Assembly: GCA_965247365.1 (NCBI GenBank)
Contig: CBDFHB010000001.1
Location: forward strand, 598,221-662,220
DNA from: Candidatus Marinacidobacterales bacterium
Lineage (GTDB): Bacteria; Acidobacteriota; Vicinamibacteria; Marinacidobacterales; SMYC01
DNA: 64,000 nucleotides
Direction: 5' to 3'
Each line of letters opens with the position of its first letter. Within the stretch, counting starts at the first letter, position 1. The translations under genes and the position numbers were made by a program. The notes below the pieces were generated by a model. It saw nothing but the letters and a program-made list of their open reading frames with translations, had not been told where the DNA came from and ran no database searches. This document shows positions 40,307 through 49,258 of the stretch, piece by piece.

Positions 40307-40897
40307 ATGGAAGAGATTCAAATCACCGCTGAGCCCAAGGACAATACGACGTGCCGCTTCGTCGTCGACCGCCCCGTCTATCCAGACGGATCGGTCTTCT
40401 TCGGAGACAAGGCCAGAGCGGCAGGCTCCGCTCTGCCGGAAAAGCTCTTCGCAATCGAGGGAGTTGATTCCGTACTGATTCAGGACAATGTCGTGACCGT
40501 CACCGCTCCTACGGGCGGGGACTGGGGGCCCATCGCCAAACAGGTCGGAGCCACGCTCCGCAATGTGATTGGAAGTGGCGAGTCGCCCGTCGCGGCATCG
40601 GTCCTGAGCGCACTGCCCGACGCGTCGGAGCTCAAAACTCGAGTTCAGGAAATCCTCAACAAAGAGATCAATCCGGCTGTTGCGGCACATGGCGGTTGGG
40701 TCGAGCTCATCGACGTCACGAAGAACGAGGTCTTCATTCGCATGGGCGGTGGATGCCAAGGATGCGGGATGGCGGACGTGACGCTGAAGCAGGGCGTGGA
40801 AAAGACGATCCGTCAGCAGATTCCCGAAATCGGCGCCATCATGGATACGACCGATCACGCGACCGGTCGTAACCCCTACTATGCGCCGTCGAAGTAG
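40307..40897 (+). CDS. NfuA/NifU-type Fe-S cluster carrier (Nfu_N + NifU domain)
   Basis: INPAVAAHGGWVEL, MGGGCQGC, TLKQGVE, DTTDHATGRNPYY. Confidence 0.9.
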   Translation: MEEIQITAEPKDNTTCRFVVDRPVYPDGSVFFGDKARAAGSALPEKLFAIEGVDSVLIQDNVVTVTAPTGGDWGPIAKQVGATLRNVIGSGESPVAASVLSALPDASELKTRVQEILNKEINPAVAAHGGWVELIDVTKNEVFIRMGGGCQGCGMADVTLKQGVEKTIRQQIPEIGAIMDTTDHATGRNPYYAPSK

Positions 40898-42123
40898 AGC
40901 TCGATCTCTCCGTGAGCACGCCGTAACGCGTTTTCGACTTCGATCGGTATAGCCGCGCGGGCGAAAACGAAACCCAGATAGCTCGAACCTTCGGGGAGCG
41001 GCACCAGGCGCTGTCCGACGTGGGCGGTCATCGTGACCTCGACAATACCTTCGATCGCGCGCGCCCTCTCGAGGCCGCGCATCTCCTCGAGAACTCCCCC
41101 TCCTCGAGGAATCGGGATCATCATCACTCCGGACGCGGCCGAGTCGCGCTCGATCGCTCCCACGTCCTCTCCGAGCGCATGCCGCAGGATCAGCTCTTCG
41201 AGCGACACGCCCAAACCAAAGCGAAGCGTCCGGGAGCAAAGCCCTCCGATGGAGCGACCCGCAACCTCGATCACGACGGGAGCGCCGTCCATCGGTAGCC
41301 GAAGCTCCGCATGGACCGCACCGTGCGTCAACCCCAGGGCGCGGGCAGCTCGGCCCGTCACGTCCAGGATCTCCTGCTGAGACTGAAGTGGCAGCCGCGA
41401 CGGCGTTACGTAGATCGTCTCCTCGAAGTAGGGACCGTCCATGGGGTCGGGCTTGTCGAAAATTGCGAGGGGGCTCAGAGCTGAAGCCGTCAAGATTCCC
41501 TCGACCGCGACCTCGAAGCCAGTTACGAAATCTTCGACCAGGATTCGGCCCGCGTCCTCTCCACCGCGTTTCACGAGCTCCGGCGTCGACAGGAGATCTC
41601 GCAACCAAGCCGTTCGTTCGAGAAACTCTCGTTCGTCATCCACTCGAACGACACCCCGGCTCCCCGAAAGAAACACGGGCTTGACGACGGCGGGATAGCT
41701 CGTCGTTTTCGCTACTCGACGGGGATCGTCTTTCGCTTCCAAGACCTGGTAGCCGGGTGAAGGAACGCCGGCCTCGGAGAGCGCGCGACGCATGCGATGC
41801 TTTGAGCGCGCGCGCGCCGCCGCCGCCGGAGGGTTGTGGGCAAGCCCGAGGCGCTCTCCGACCGCTGCCGCGACGATAGCGCTCTCCTCGTCGACGGCCA
41901 CGATGGCGTCGAACGGCCGAGTCTCGTGGAAGGAGGCCGCACGCTCCGCCGATAGGTACGGGTCGAGGAGATCGAAGGTCAATAGGCCGTGAGGCGACAA
42001 CGTTTCCATCGTGCTCGGCTCCTCCGAAGCGACCACGACCTCGGCACCGAGTCGCCCCGCAGCCACCATGAAGTCGCGCGTGCGATAGGTAGAGGTTGGA
42101 AGAATCAGTAGGACGCGACTCAT
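40879..42123 (-). CDS. ATP-grasp ligase (L-amino-acid ligase-like)
   Basis: RSKHRMR, VVKPVFLSGSRGV, VEDFVTGFEVAVEG, HAELR, EVAGRSIGG. Confidence 0.85.
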   Translation of the reverse strand: MSRVLLILPTSTYRTRDFMVAAGRLGAEVVVASEEPSTMETLSPHGLLTFDLLDPYLSAERAASFHETRPFDAIVAVDEESAIVAAAVGERLGLAHNPPAAAARARSKHRMRRALSEAGVPSPGYQVLEAKDDPRRVAKTTSYPAVVKPVFLSGSRGVVRVDDEREFLERTAWLRDLLSTPELVKRGGEDAGRILVEDFVTGFEVAVEGILTASALSPLAIFDKPDPMDGPYFEETIYVTPSRLPLQSQQEILDVTGRAARALGLTHGAVHAELRLPMDGAPVVIEVAGRSIGGLCSRTLRFGLGVSLEELILRHALGEDVGAIERDSAASGVMMIPIPRGGGVLEEMRGLERARAIEGIVEVTMTAHVGQRLVPLPEGSSYLGFVFARAAIPIEVENALRRAHGEIELYFDGA

Positions 42124-42141
42124 GTCACCGAGCCGAGTTCT

Positions 42142-42822
42142 CTAGTCGAGCACCCGAGCGCTCTCGACGACGATCGGATCGACGGGAACGTCATCGTACC
42201 CGTTCTTGCGGCCCCTCGGTACGCGCTCGATCGCTTCGACGACCTCCATACCTTCGGTCACGCGGCCGAAGACGGCATAGCCCCAGCCCCGCAAAGAAGA
42301 GTCTCGATGGTCGAGGGGAGGATTGTCCTTCGTATTGATGAAGAATTGCGACGTCGCGCTGTGGGGGTCCGAAGTCCTCGCCATGCAGATCGTGCCGCGC
42401 AGGTTGCGGACCCCGTTGTTCGCTTCGTTCTCGATGGGAGGACGCGTGTCCTTCTCCACCATCTCGGAAGTGAATCCTCCACCTTGGATCACGAATCCGG
42501 GAACGACTCGATGAAAGATGGTCCCATCGAAGAAGCCCTCCGTCACGTAACCGAGAAAGTTCTCGACCGTAATCGGCGCCTTGTCGGGATAGAGCTCGAG
42601 CCGAAGCGTTCCCAACGAGGTCGAAAGCTCGACCCTGGGGTAGCCCATCGCGACGTCGGGACTCTCCTCGGCGATGTCGCCCGATTCTTCTGTCGTCGCT
42701 GCCTCCGGTGGCTCGGCGGCCGATGGGGCGTCTTCCGCCGGTGGCGCAGTTCCGCCCCCACAGCCGACGACGGCGAAAGCGGCAAGCGCAATGATCCGTA
42801 GAGCTCCTAGACTTCGGTTCAT
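42142..42822 (-). CDS. Cyclophilin-type peptidyl-prolyl isomerase (lipoprotein)
   Basis: Lipobox VVGC; FHRVVPGFVIQGGG, MART..PHSATSQFFIN, GYAVFGRV. Confidence 0.93.
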   Translation of the reverse strand: MNRSLGALRIIALAAFAVVGCGGGTAPPAEDAPSAAEPPEAATTEESGDIAEESPDVAMGYPRVELSTSLGTLRLELYPDKAPITVENFLGYVTEGFFDGTIFHRVVPGFVIQGGGFTSEMVEKDTRPPIENEANNGVRNLRGTICMARTSDPHSATSQFFINTKDNPPLDHRDSSLRGWGYAVFGRVTEGMEVVEAIERVPRGRKNGYDDVPVDPIVVESARVLD

Positions 42823-42847
42823 GAACTATCCTCCTCGGCTATTCTAC

Positions 42848-43387
42848 TCACCCGAAGAGGCGCATCTGAACCGCAGGGGAAGGCATCAAGCCCTCGAGAG
42901 CCAGCAGGCGCCGCTTGGTGGGAAGGCCGCCTCCATAGCCTCTCAGCGACCCATCCACGCCGATGACACGGTGGCAGGGAATCACGATGGGAACCGGATT
43001 CGCGCCATTGGCGGCCCCCACGGGTCGGCTCGCCCGGGGCCGCCCAATCACCTGCGCGATATCGCCATAGGAGGCGGTCCGTCCGAAAGGAACGGCGGAA
43101 ACGGCGGCCCAGACCTCTCTTTGGAACTCGGTTCCATGAAGATCGAGCTCCAGTTCGAAGACACGCCGCCTGCCTTCGAGATATTCGGTGAGCTGTCGTT
43201 CGAACGCGTCGTGGCGTCGGCCCGCGACTTCGAGCTCCCGCCCGCCCTCGAAATGACGCGCAAGCCAGAGCGCCAGCTTCGCCTCGGAGCCCTCCCTCGA
43301 CCGGATCGCCACCAGACCCTTGGTCGAGGAGTAGAGCTCGAGCCGCATGCCGGACGCGGTGAGTCGTGACCAATAGATCTTCGGCAT
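42848..43387 (-). CDS. ogt: Methylated-DNA-protein-cysteine methyltransferase
   Basis: GTEFQREVW, NPVPIVIPCHRVIG, GYGGG. Confidence 0.93.
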   Translation of the reverse strand: MPKIYWSRLTASGMRLELYSSTKGLVAIRSREGSEAKLALWLARHFEGGRELEVAGRRHDAFERQLTEYLEGRRRVFELELDLHGTEFQREVWAAVSAVPFGRTASYGDIAQVIGRPRASRPVGAANGANPVPIVIPCHRVIGVDGSLRGYGGGLPTKRRLLALEGLMPSPAVQMRLFG

Positions 43388-43463
43388 CGTCCCTGGCTCG
43401 ATCTTCTAGCACGGGCGCAAGCCAGTCACAAACAACGCACGTTTGAACTAGACTGCAAGATGA

Positions 43464-44111
43464 ATGAAAAACGCTACTACGATTCTCTTCGACTGGGATG
43501 GAACCCTGATCGACTCCTTCCGGGCAAGCTATAACGCTTCCATGAGCGTTCTCCGCGAGCTCGGATTGGAAGTCGATCGAGAGCGTTTTCTCGAGACCTA
43601 CAGCCCCAACTGGTACGAGTCCTACGAGAAACTCGGCGTGCCGAGGCACATGTGGGAGCAGGCCGATCAGATGTGGCGGAGAACCTATCATCAACAAACG
43701 TCGGAGCTGTTTCCCTTCGTCGGCACGATGCTCCGACGCCTGCGAGAGGCGGGATTCACTCTGGGTATCGTGACCAGCGGCAATCGCGGTCGCGTTCAGG
43801 GAGAGCTCGCTCGTTTCGGACTCAAGGATCACTTCTCAGCAACGGTCTGCTTCGAAGACACTCACGAAAAGAAACCCCACCCGGCTCCGCTCGTACGCGC
43901 GCTCGAAAAGCTCCAAGCGAGGGCGTCGTTGACCGTTTACGTCGGGGATAGACCCGAAGACATCGAGATGGGTCGACAAGTCGGGACCTATACGGTTGCG
44001 GTCGAGAGCGAGTACGGCCCGCGTCGGCTCCTCGAAGACGCCGAGCCCGACCTACTCCTTCCCCACGCAGGCCACCTTCCCGAGCAACTAATAAAGAAGA
44101 CCCCTTCGTAG
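43464..44111 (+). CDS. HAD-superfamily hydrolase
   Basis: FDWDGTLIDS, VTS, KKPHP, YVGDRPED. Confidence 0.9.
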   Translation: MKNATTILFDWDGTLIDSFRASYNASMSVLRELGLEVDRERFLETYSPNWYESYEKLGVPRHMWEQADQMWRRTYHQQTSELFPFVGTMLRRLREAGFTLGIVTSGNRGRVQGELARFGLKDHFSATVCFEDTHEKKPHPAPLVRALEKLQARASLTVYVGDRPEDIEMGRQVGTYTVAVESEYGPRRLLEDAEPDLLLPHAGHLPEQLIKKTPS

Positions 44112-44113
44112 CC

Positions 44114-44141
44114 CCTCTCCCCAGAGACGAGAGGTTTTTTT
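44114..44141 (+). terminator. Rho-independent terminator
   Basis: CCTCTC/GAGAGG stem followed by T7. Confidence 0.65.
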
Positions 44142-44142
44142 G

Positions 44143-46803
44143 TTAGTGCTCCCAGGACTGCCCGGTCGCGATGTCGACACGGAGAGGCACTTCCATCGGA
44201 TAGACGTTCTCCATCGTTTCCCGGACGAGAGCCTCCACCGTCCCGACTTCATCCTCGGGAACCTCGAGCACGAGCTCGTCGTGAACCTGGAGCAGCAGAC
44301 GCGCGGAGACGCTCGCTTCCTTCAGTCGTCGCGAGAGATCGATCATGGCCTTCTTGATCAAATCCGCTGCGGAGCCTTGAATGGGGGTATTGACGGCTAC
44401 GCGCTCGGCCGCCGAGCGCGTGTTCCGGTTGCGGGATCCGATCTCGGGAACGTAGCGCTGTCGCCCGAAGAGTGTCCGAACCTTGCCGGTACGACGCGCA
44501 ACGCGGATGATCTCATCCAGCAGTTCCCGAACCCGTGGGTAGCGATCGAAATAGCTGTCTATGAACACCTGCGCTTCCCGAGTCGGTACGCCGAACTCCT
44601 TGCCGAGGGTGAAAGCGGTCTTGCCATAAATGATGCTGAAGTTCACTATCTTCGCACGGCGACGTTTCTCGTGCTCGCTCAAAGAAGGGTCGGACCCGAA
44701 GACCTCGCGCGCGGTGCGGTCGTGTATGTCCTCTTCTGCCCGAAAGGCCTCGATCAGGGCCTCGTCCTTGCTGAGATGCGCGAGGACGCGGAGCTCGATC
44801 TGTGAGTAGTCGGCCGAGACAAGCCGATGGCCTGGCGCCGCGACGAAAGCGCGTCTCAGCCGCCTCCCGAGCTCAGTGCGAATGGGAATGTTCTGCAAGT
44901 TGGGATCGCTGCTCGAGAGTCGCCCGGTAGCGGCCACGGTTTGATTGAACGTCGTATGGATGCGGCCGGTTTTGGGGTGGACGAGGCCCGGCAGTGCGTC
45001 AACGTAGGTTCCCTTCAGCTTGGCGAGACTTCGATAGTCGAGGATCTTCCGTGGAAGAGGAAAGGAAGCAGCAAGCTCTTCCAGCACCTCGACACGGGTC
45101 GAGGCGACGCGTTGTTTAGCGGTCTTCTTGAACGAAGGAAGGTTCATCTTGTCGAAAAGAATCTCACCGAGCTGTCGAGGCGAGTTGATGTTGAACTCCA
45201 CGCCGGCAAGCTCGTAGATCTGTCCCGTCAAGACTCCCAGCTCTCGAGAGAGCTCTTCCGACATGGCCGCGAACTCCTCCCCATGGATGGCGATACCGAC
45301 AAGTTCCATCTTGGCGAGAACGCTTATGAGTGGGATCTCGAAATCGCGATAGAGGGAATCCAGCTCCTCCTCCGCGATTCGGCGCGCCATCTTGTCCGCT
45401 AGCCTGAGGACCCTCTCGGCTCGTTCGGCGTTGAGACGCCCGGCAGCCTCCACGCCTCCGTCGGAGTCCATCCCTGGAAGCCTTCCCTGGGCTTCGCCCC
45501 GCTCGCTTTCGGGCGTGAGGGGCTTTTGCAAGAATTCGAGCAGGAGATCGCTCAGCTCCTGCGACCGGCGCGAAGGATTCAGGACGTAGGCTGCGATCCT
45601 CGTATCGAAACCGATGGCCTGAGCGTCGATACCTCGGGCGCCGAAAAACGCCACTGCCTTCTTCAGATCATGCCCGATCTTGGAGACGCTGGTGTCGTGG
45701 AGTACGCCTTCGAGCCGAGACACCAACTCCTCTTCGCTCAAACCCCGTCCGCAGGTCACGTAGAAGCCTTCGCCGAGCGACAGGGCGAGACCTAGACCTT
45801 TCAGTCGCGCGCGCCATGGGTCGAAGTGCTTGGTTTCGCTGATATCGAACCATAGCGAGAGGCTTCGGCCGCGAGCGCTCTTCAGAACCGCGTCCAGAGC
45901 GCTAGTCGATTCGACCGCCGTCAGGGTAGTCGTCCAGTCGACGGGCTCCTCGGGAAGATAGTCCTTTAATAAGGTCGTGAAACCCAGCTCCTCGAATAGC
46001 GAAAAAGCCGCCTGCCGGTTCGCACCGCGATAGTGCAACGCCTCCCAGTCGACCTCCAAATCCAGATCGGTCACCAAGGTAATAAGTTCCTTCGAGAGCC
46101 TCGCTTGATCGGCATGCTGCTCCAGACCCTCGCGCTGTCTCTTGTTCTTCACCTCCGGGGCGTGCGCCAGAAGCTTCTCCAGCGATCCCCATTCGGAGAT
46201 GAGCTTTCTAGCTCCCTTCTCGCCGATGCCCGGCACCCCGGGAACGTTGTCGACACTATCCCCCATGAGAGCAAGGACGTCGGCGACGCGCTCCGGCGGA
46301 ACGCCAAACTTCTCTTTGACCGCCTCGGTATCGAGTCTGGTGTACTTCACGGGATGGACGATCGTGACGCCCTCTCGGACGAGCTGAAGCAAATCCTTGT
46401 CCGAGGAGACGATCAGGACACGGAATCCCTCTTCGACCGCCCGTTCGGCCAGCGTAGCGATCAGATCGTCGGCCTCGATCCCCGGCCTCTCGAGGATAGG
46501 AAGACCCAGCACATCACAGAGCTTTCTCGTATAGGGAAACTGCTGCTTCAGATCGTCGGGCGTGGGTGGACGATTCGCCTTATAGGCCTCGAAGCGCTCG
46601 TGGCGGAACGTTCGTCCCCCGGCATCGAAGGTCACGGCAGCGAGAGCTGGCGTTTCTTCAGACAGAAGCTTGCGAAGGACGTTCGTGAAGCCGTAGACCG
46701 CATTGGTGGGGATCCCTTCGCGATTCGCGAGGGGGGGAATGGCAAAGAAAGAGCGATAGACGAGATTGTTTCCGTCGACGAGAAGGAGCGTTTTCGAAGG
46801 CAT
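44143..46803 (-). CDS. polA: DNA polymerase I
   Basis: 5'-3' exonuclease (LLVDG, EADDLIA, GDSVDNVPG) plus PolA motifs TGRLSSSDPNLQNIP, ADYSQIELR, LQVHDEL. Confidence 0.97.
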   Translation of the reverse strand: MPSKTLLLVDGNNLVYRSFFAIPPLANREGIPTNAVYGFTNVLRKLLSEETPALAAVTFDAGGRTFRHERFEAYKANRPPTPDDLKQQFPYTRKLCDVLGLPILERPGIEADDLIATLAERAVEEGFRVLIVSSDKDLLQLVREGVTIVHPVKYTRLDTEAVKEKFGVPPERVADVLALMGDSVDNVPGVPGIGEKGARKLISEWGSLEKLLAHAPEVKNKRQREGLEQHADQARLSKELITLVTDLDLEVDWEALHYRGANRQAAFSLFEELGFTTLLKDYLPEEPVDWTTTLTAVESTSALDAVLKSARGRSLSLWFDISETKHFDPWRARLKGLGLALSLGEGFYVTCGRGLSEEELVSRLEGVLHDTSVSKIGHDLKKAVAFFGARGIDAQAIGFDTRIAAYVLNPSRRSQELSDLLLEFLQKPLTPESERGEAQGRLPGMDSDGGVEAAGRLNAERAERVLRLADKMARRIAEEELDSLYRDFEIPLISVLAKMELVGIAIHGEEFAAMSEELSRELGVLTGQIYELAGVEFNINSPRQLGEILFDKMNLPSFKKTAKQRVASTRVEVLEELAASFPLPRKILDYRSLAKLKGTYVDALPGLVHPKTGRIHTTFNQTVAATGRLSSSDPNLQNIPIRTELGRRLRRAFVAAPGHRLVSADYSQIELRVLAHLSKDEALIEAFRAEEDIHDRTAREVFGSDPSLSEHEKRRRAKIVNFSIIYGKTAFTLGKEFGVPTREAQVFIDSYFDRYPRVRELLDEIIRVARRTGKVRTLFGRQRYVPEIGSRNRNTRSAAERVAVNTPIQGSAADLIKKAMIDLSRRLKEASVSARLLLQVHDELVLEVPEDEVGTVEALVRETMENVYPMEVPLRVDIATGQSWEH

Positions 46804-46851
46804 TGGGATGCGCATTGTATTACAGCGAGCGGGCCGCTATAGAATTGGTCG

Positions 46852-47556
46852 ATGCGCTTGGCTCTCGGCCTGCTCGTGACGTTATCGGCTTGCACGGCCT
46901 ACGAATACGAAGAGGAAGTCTTCCTGGAGATCGACGGCTCGGGCCGATTCCGGGTTAGCGGCTCCAGGGAAGCCCTTGGTACCCTTCTCCCTCTGAGCCG
47001 AGTCTCCGTCGAGACCGTTCGCGATCATTTCGACGAGCCCCAGGTCGAGCTCGACTCGGTTCGTGAGACCGAGCGCGACGGCCGCTCGTTCATTCACGTT
47101 CAAGCGCGGTTTTCGGACTGGAATCGGCTCTGCGAGCATCCGGCGTTTTCCTGGCGCAACTGCCGCCTGGTCATCGGACCTGATGTACTCGAGATCGAGT
47201 CAACCGTCCGGGGACCGCAGTGGCCAGGTCGCGTTGCGACCGACCCCGATGCACCCATCGCTTTTCGCTTTCACTTTCCCAGCACCGTCGCGTTCCACAA
47301 CTCGCCGAACGAAATCGAGCGAGGGAACATCGTGCGATGGCAACGTTCCATGGGCGAGCACTTCGCTCGCGAGCCCCTCGTGATTCAGGCGCGCTTCGAA
47401 AAGCGTTCAGTGCTGGAAACGACGGCAATGGTCCTAATCGCCGCTGTGAGTCTCGTCGCGGTGGCGATCACGGGCGCCATCGTGCTCATGGTAAGAAAGG
47501 GCAGACGACAGCTCGAGAGCGACGCGGCATCGAAAGATGTCGCGAGTGAGCAGTAA
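46852..47556 (+). CDS. Hypothetical lipoprotein with C-terminal TM helix
   Basis: LSAC lipobox; hydrophobic C-terminal helix followed by RKGRR. Confidence 0.7.
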   Translation: MRLALGLLVTLSACTAYEYEEEVFLEIDGSGRFRVSGSREALGTLLPLSRVSVETVRDHFDEPQVELDSVRETERDGRSFIHVQARFSDWNRLCEHPAFSWRNCRLVIGPDVLEIESTVRGPQWPGRVATDPDAPIAFRFHFPSTVAFHNSPNEIERGNIVRWQRSMGEHFAREPLVIQARFEKRSVLETTAMVLIAAVSLVAVAITGAIVLMVRKGRRQLESDAASKDVASEQ

Positions 47557-47805
47557 CTAGGACGCCATCTCGATTTCCATGCTGTAGAGATCTATGGAGG
47601 CGTTCGCGCGCTTCACGACGAGCTTGAGATCCACGAGCTTGTCCAACGCGCGACGCACTTCGATGGCATCGGCGTTCACCCAGAACCTTGCAATACCCTC
47701 GACGGAGTCCTTGGCCTGGGGGTGACGCCGGAGGTAATCGAGGATCCGTAAGGCTAGCTGGGAGTCTTCACCGATCTCCACCACTACGTTCTGTAGACTC
47801 ATCAC
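47557..47805 (-). CDS. Small winged-helix-like hypothetical protein
   Basis: RILDYLRRHPQAKDSVEGIARFW...VRRALDKLV; RBS AGGAG. Confidence 0.7.
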   Translation of the reverse strand: MMSLQNVVVEIGEDSQLALRILDYLRRHPQAKDSVEGIARFWVNADAIEVRRALDKLVDLKLVVKRANASIDLYSMEIEMAS

Positions 47806-47849
47806 TATTCTCCTGAATTGCCTTGCAGATGCACTCGAGATGTGGATAT

Positions 47850-47866
47850 AGCAACGGCTGTGCCAA
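47850..47866 (-). promoter_or_regulatory. sigma54 (-24/-12) promoter
   Basis: TTGGCACAGCCGTTGCT = TGGCAC-N5-TTGC consensus. Confidence 0.8.
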
Positions 47867-48210
47867 CCCGCGCGGATCGGGAGACGGGCGGAAACCCTAT
47901 GAAATCAAAGGCATTCGCGCTCGCGCCGCGGTTCGTGCTGCGGTCGTTTTCCCACGAACGGAGGTCCACGACATAGGGGTTCTCCCGCACGCCACCTTTT
48001 CAGGCAGTTCGCCGTAGGGTTACGGGTTTTCGCTTGTAGGAGATTACCGGCGCGGCGAAGGGAAAACCCCTCGTGAGCCAGAGCGCATCTCGATGGGGCG
48101 ATCCCAATGAGGCGTCGAACCCACAGTCCAACAGACTCTGACACAAAGACTTAAACCCGGACATTCACGCCGGGTCGCGACGGCCGTCTGCTCGGTCGGG
48201 CGGAATTGTC

Positions 48211-48226
48211 TGGTACGGATATTGCT
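48211..48226 (+). promoter_or_regulatory. sigma54 (-24/-12) promoter
   Basis: TGGTACGGATATTGCT, GG-N10-GC, about 45 bp upstream of the REC-GGDEF gene. Confidence 0.7.
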
Positions 48227-48271
48227 ATTCATTACCCGGTCCTGGTTCCTATTGCTCGCTAGAGAGAGGAA

Positions 48272-49258
48272 ATGTCGTTGTCACTGAAGATCCTGGCGGT
48301 CGACGATGAACCGGACATCCTGCGCCTGACGCAGTTCTTGCTGGAGTCCTGGGGATACGAGGTGTCGACGGCATCCAGTGGCAAGGAGGCCATCGAGCGG
48401 GCAAACCTGGACACGCCGGACCTGATCTTGATGGACGTGAACATGGAAGAGATGAACGGTTTCGAAGCCTGCGAGAAGATCAAGAACGACTTCGCCACCG
48501 CCTTTATTCCCGTAATCATGCTCACGAGCCAGGATCAGGTTCAGAACAAAATTACCGGGCTGGGCAAGGGCGCAGACGATTACGTTATCAAGACCGTGGA
48601 TCCACTCGAGCTCCAAGCTCGAATCGAAATGGTCATTCGTCGCACCCAAGAGCAGTCCGGAGCCAACCCGCTGACGCGTCTGCCCGGCAACCTGGCTCTC
48701 GAGCGCGAGGTCAAAAAGAGGCTTCTGAGCGGCGACAACTTCTCCGTGTGCTACTGCGACCTCGACAATTTCAAGGCCTACAACGACAAGTACGGCTACG
48801 AGGCAGGCGACAAAGTCATTTTCCATACAGCTCAGTTGTTGATGGGCTCGGTCCGCAGCCTCGGCGACCACGGAGATTTCGTCGGCCACATCGGTGGTGA
48901 CGACTTCGTCCTCGTAACGGAGCCCGAGCGAGACAACGAAATCTGCAGGACCGTCGTCGATCGCTTCGACACGACGATTCCCGATTTCTACGGCGAAAGG
49001 GATCGACTCCGCAAGGGTATTCAGATCGAGAATCGTTCCGGAACACTCGAAAACTTTCCCATCATGACGATCACCATGGCTGTGATAAGCGGCTCGCAGA
49101 ACGACTTCGAGAGCACCCACGTGATCGCCGAGCGCGCCGCCGAGCTCAAGAAGTATCTGAAGAGGTTCAAGGGCAGCAACTTCCTCTCCGAGAGGAGGGG
49201 AGCCGAAGTTCCCGTGGACGAAGTTGCCGCGGGTCAAAGGTTGGGCAGTGCAGGATAA
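48272..49258 (+). CDS. Response regulator with GGDEF domain (REC-diguanylate cyclase)
   Basis: AVDDE...LMDVNM...GADDY; NPLTRLPGN, DLDNFKAYND, HIGGDDF. Confidence 0.92.
   Translation: MSLSLKILAVDDEPDILRLTQFLLESWGYEVSTASSGKEAIERANLDTPDLILMDVNMEEMNGFEACEKIKNDFATAFIPVIMLTSQDQVQNKITGLGKGADDYVIKTVDPLELQARIEMVIRRTQEQSGANPLTRLPGNLALEREVKKRLLSGDNFSVCYCDLDNFKAYNDKYGYEAGDKVIFHTAQLLMGSVRSLGDHGDFVGHIGGDDFVLVTEPERDNEICRTVVDRFDTTIPDFYGERDRLRKGIQIENRSGTLENFPIMTITMAVISGSQNDFESTHVIAERAAELKKYLKRFKGSNFLSERRGAEVPVDEVAAGQRLGSAG

Noticed and set aside
42819-46842. Long alternative-frame ORFs (e.g. 42819-43832, 44140-44805, 46033-46842)
   Set aside because: They overlap well-supported genes and have no motifs; expected in high-GC DNA.
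48272-49258. Possible Hypr-type (cGAMP-making) GGDEF
   Set aside because: The specificity position reads YEAGD (Asp), as in ordinary diguanylate cyclases.
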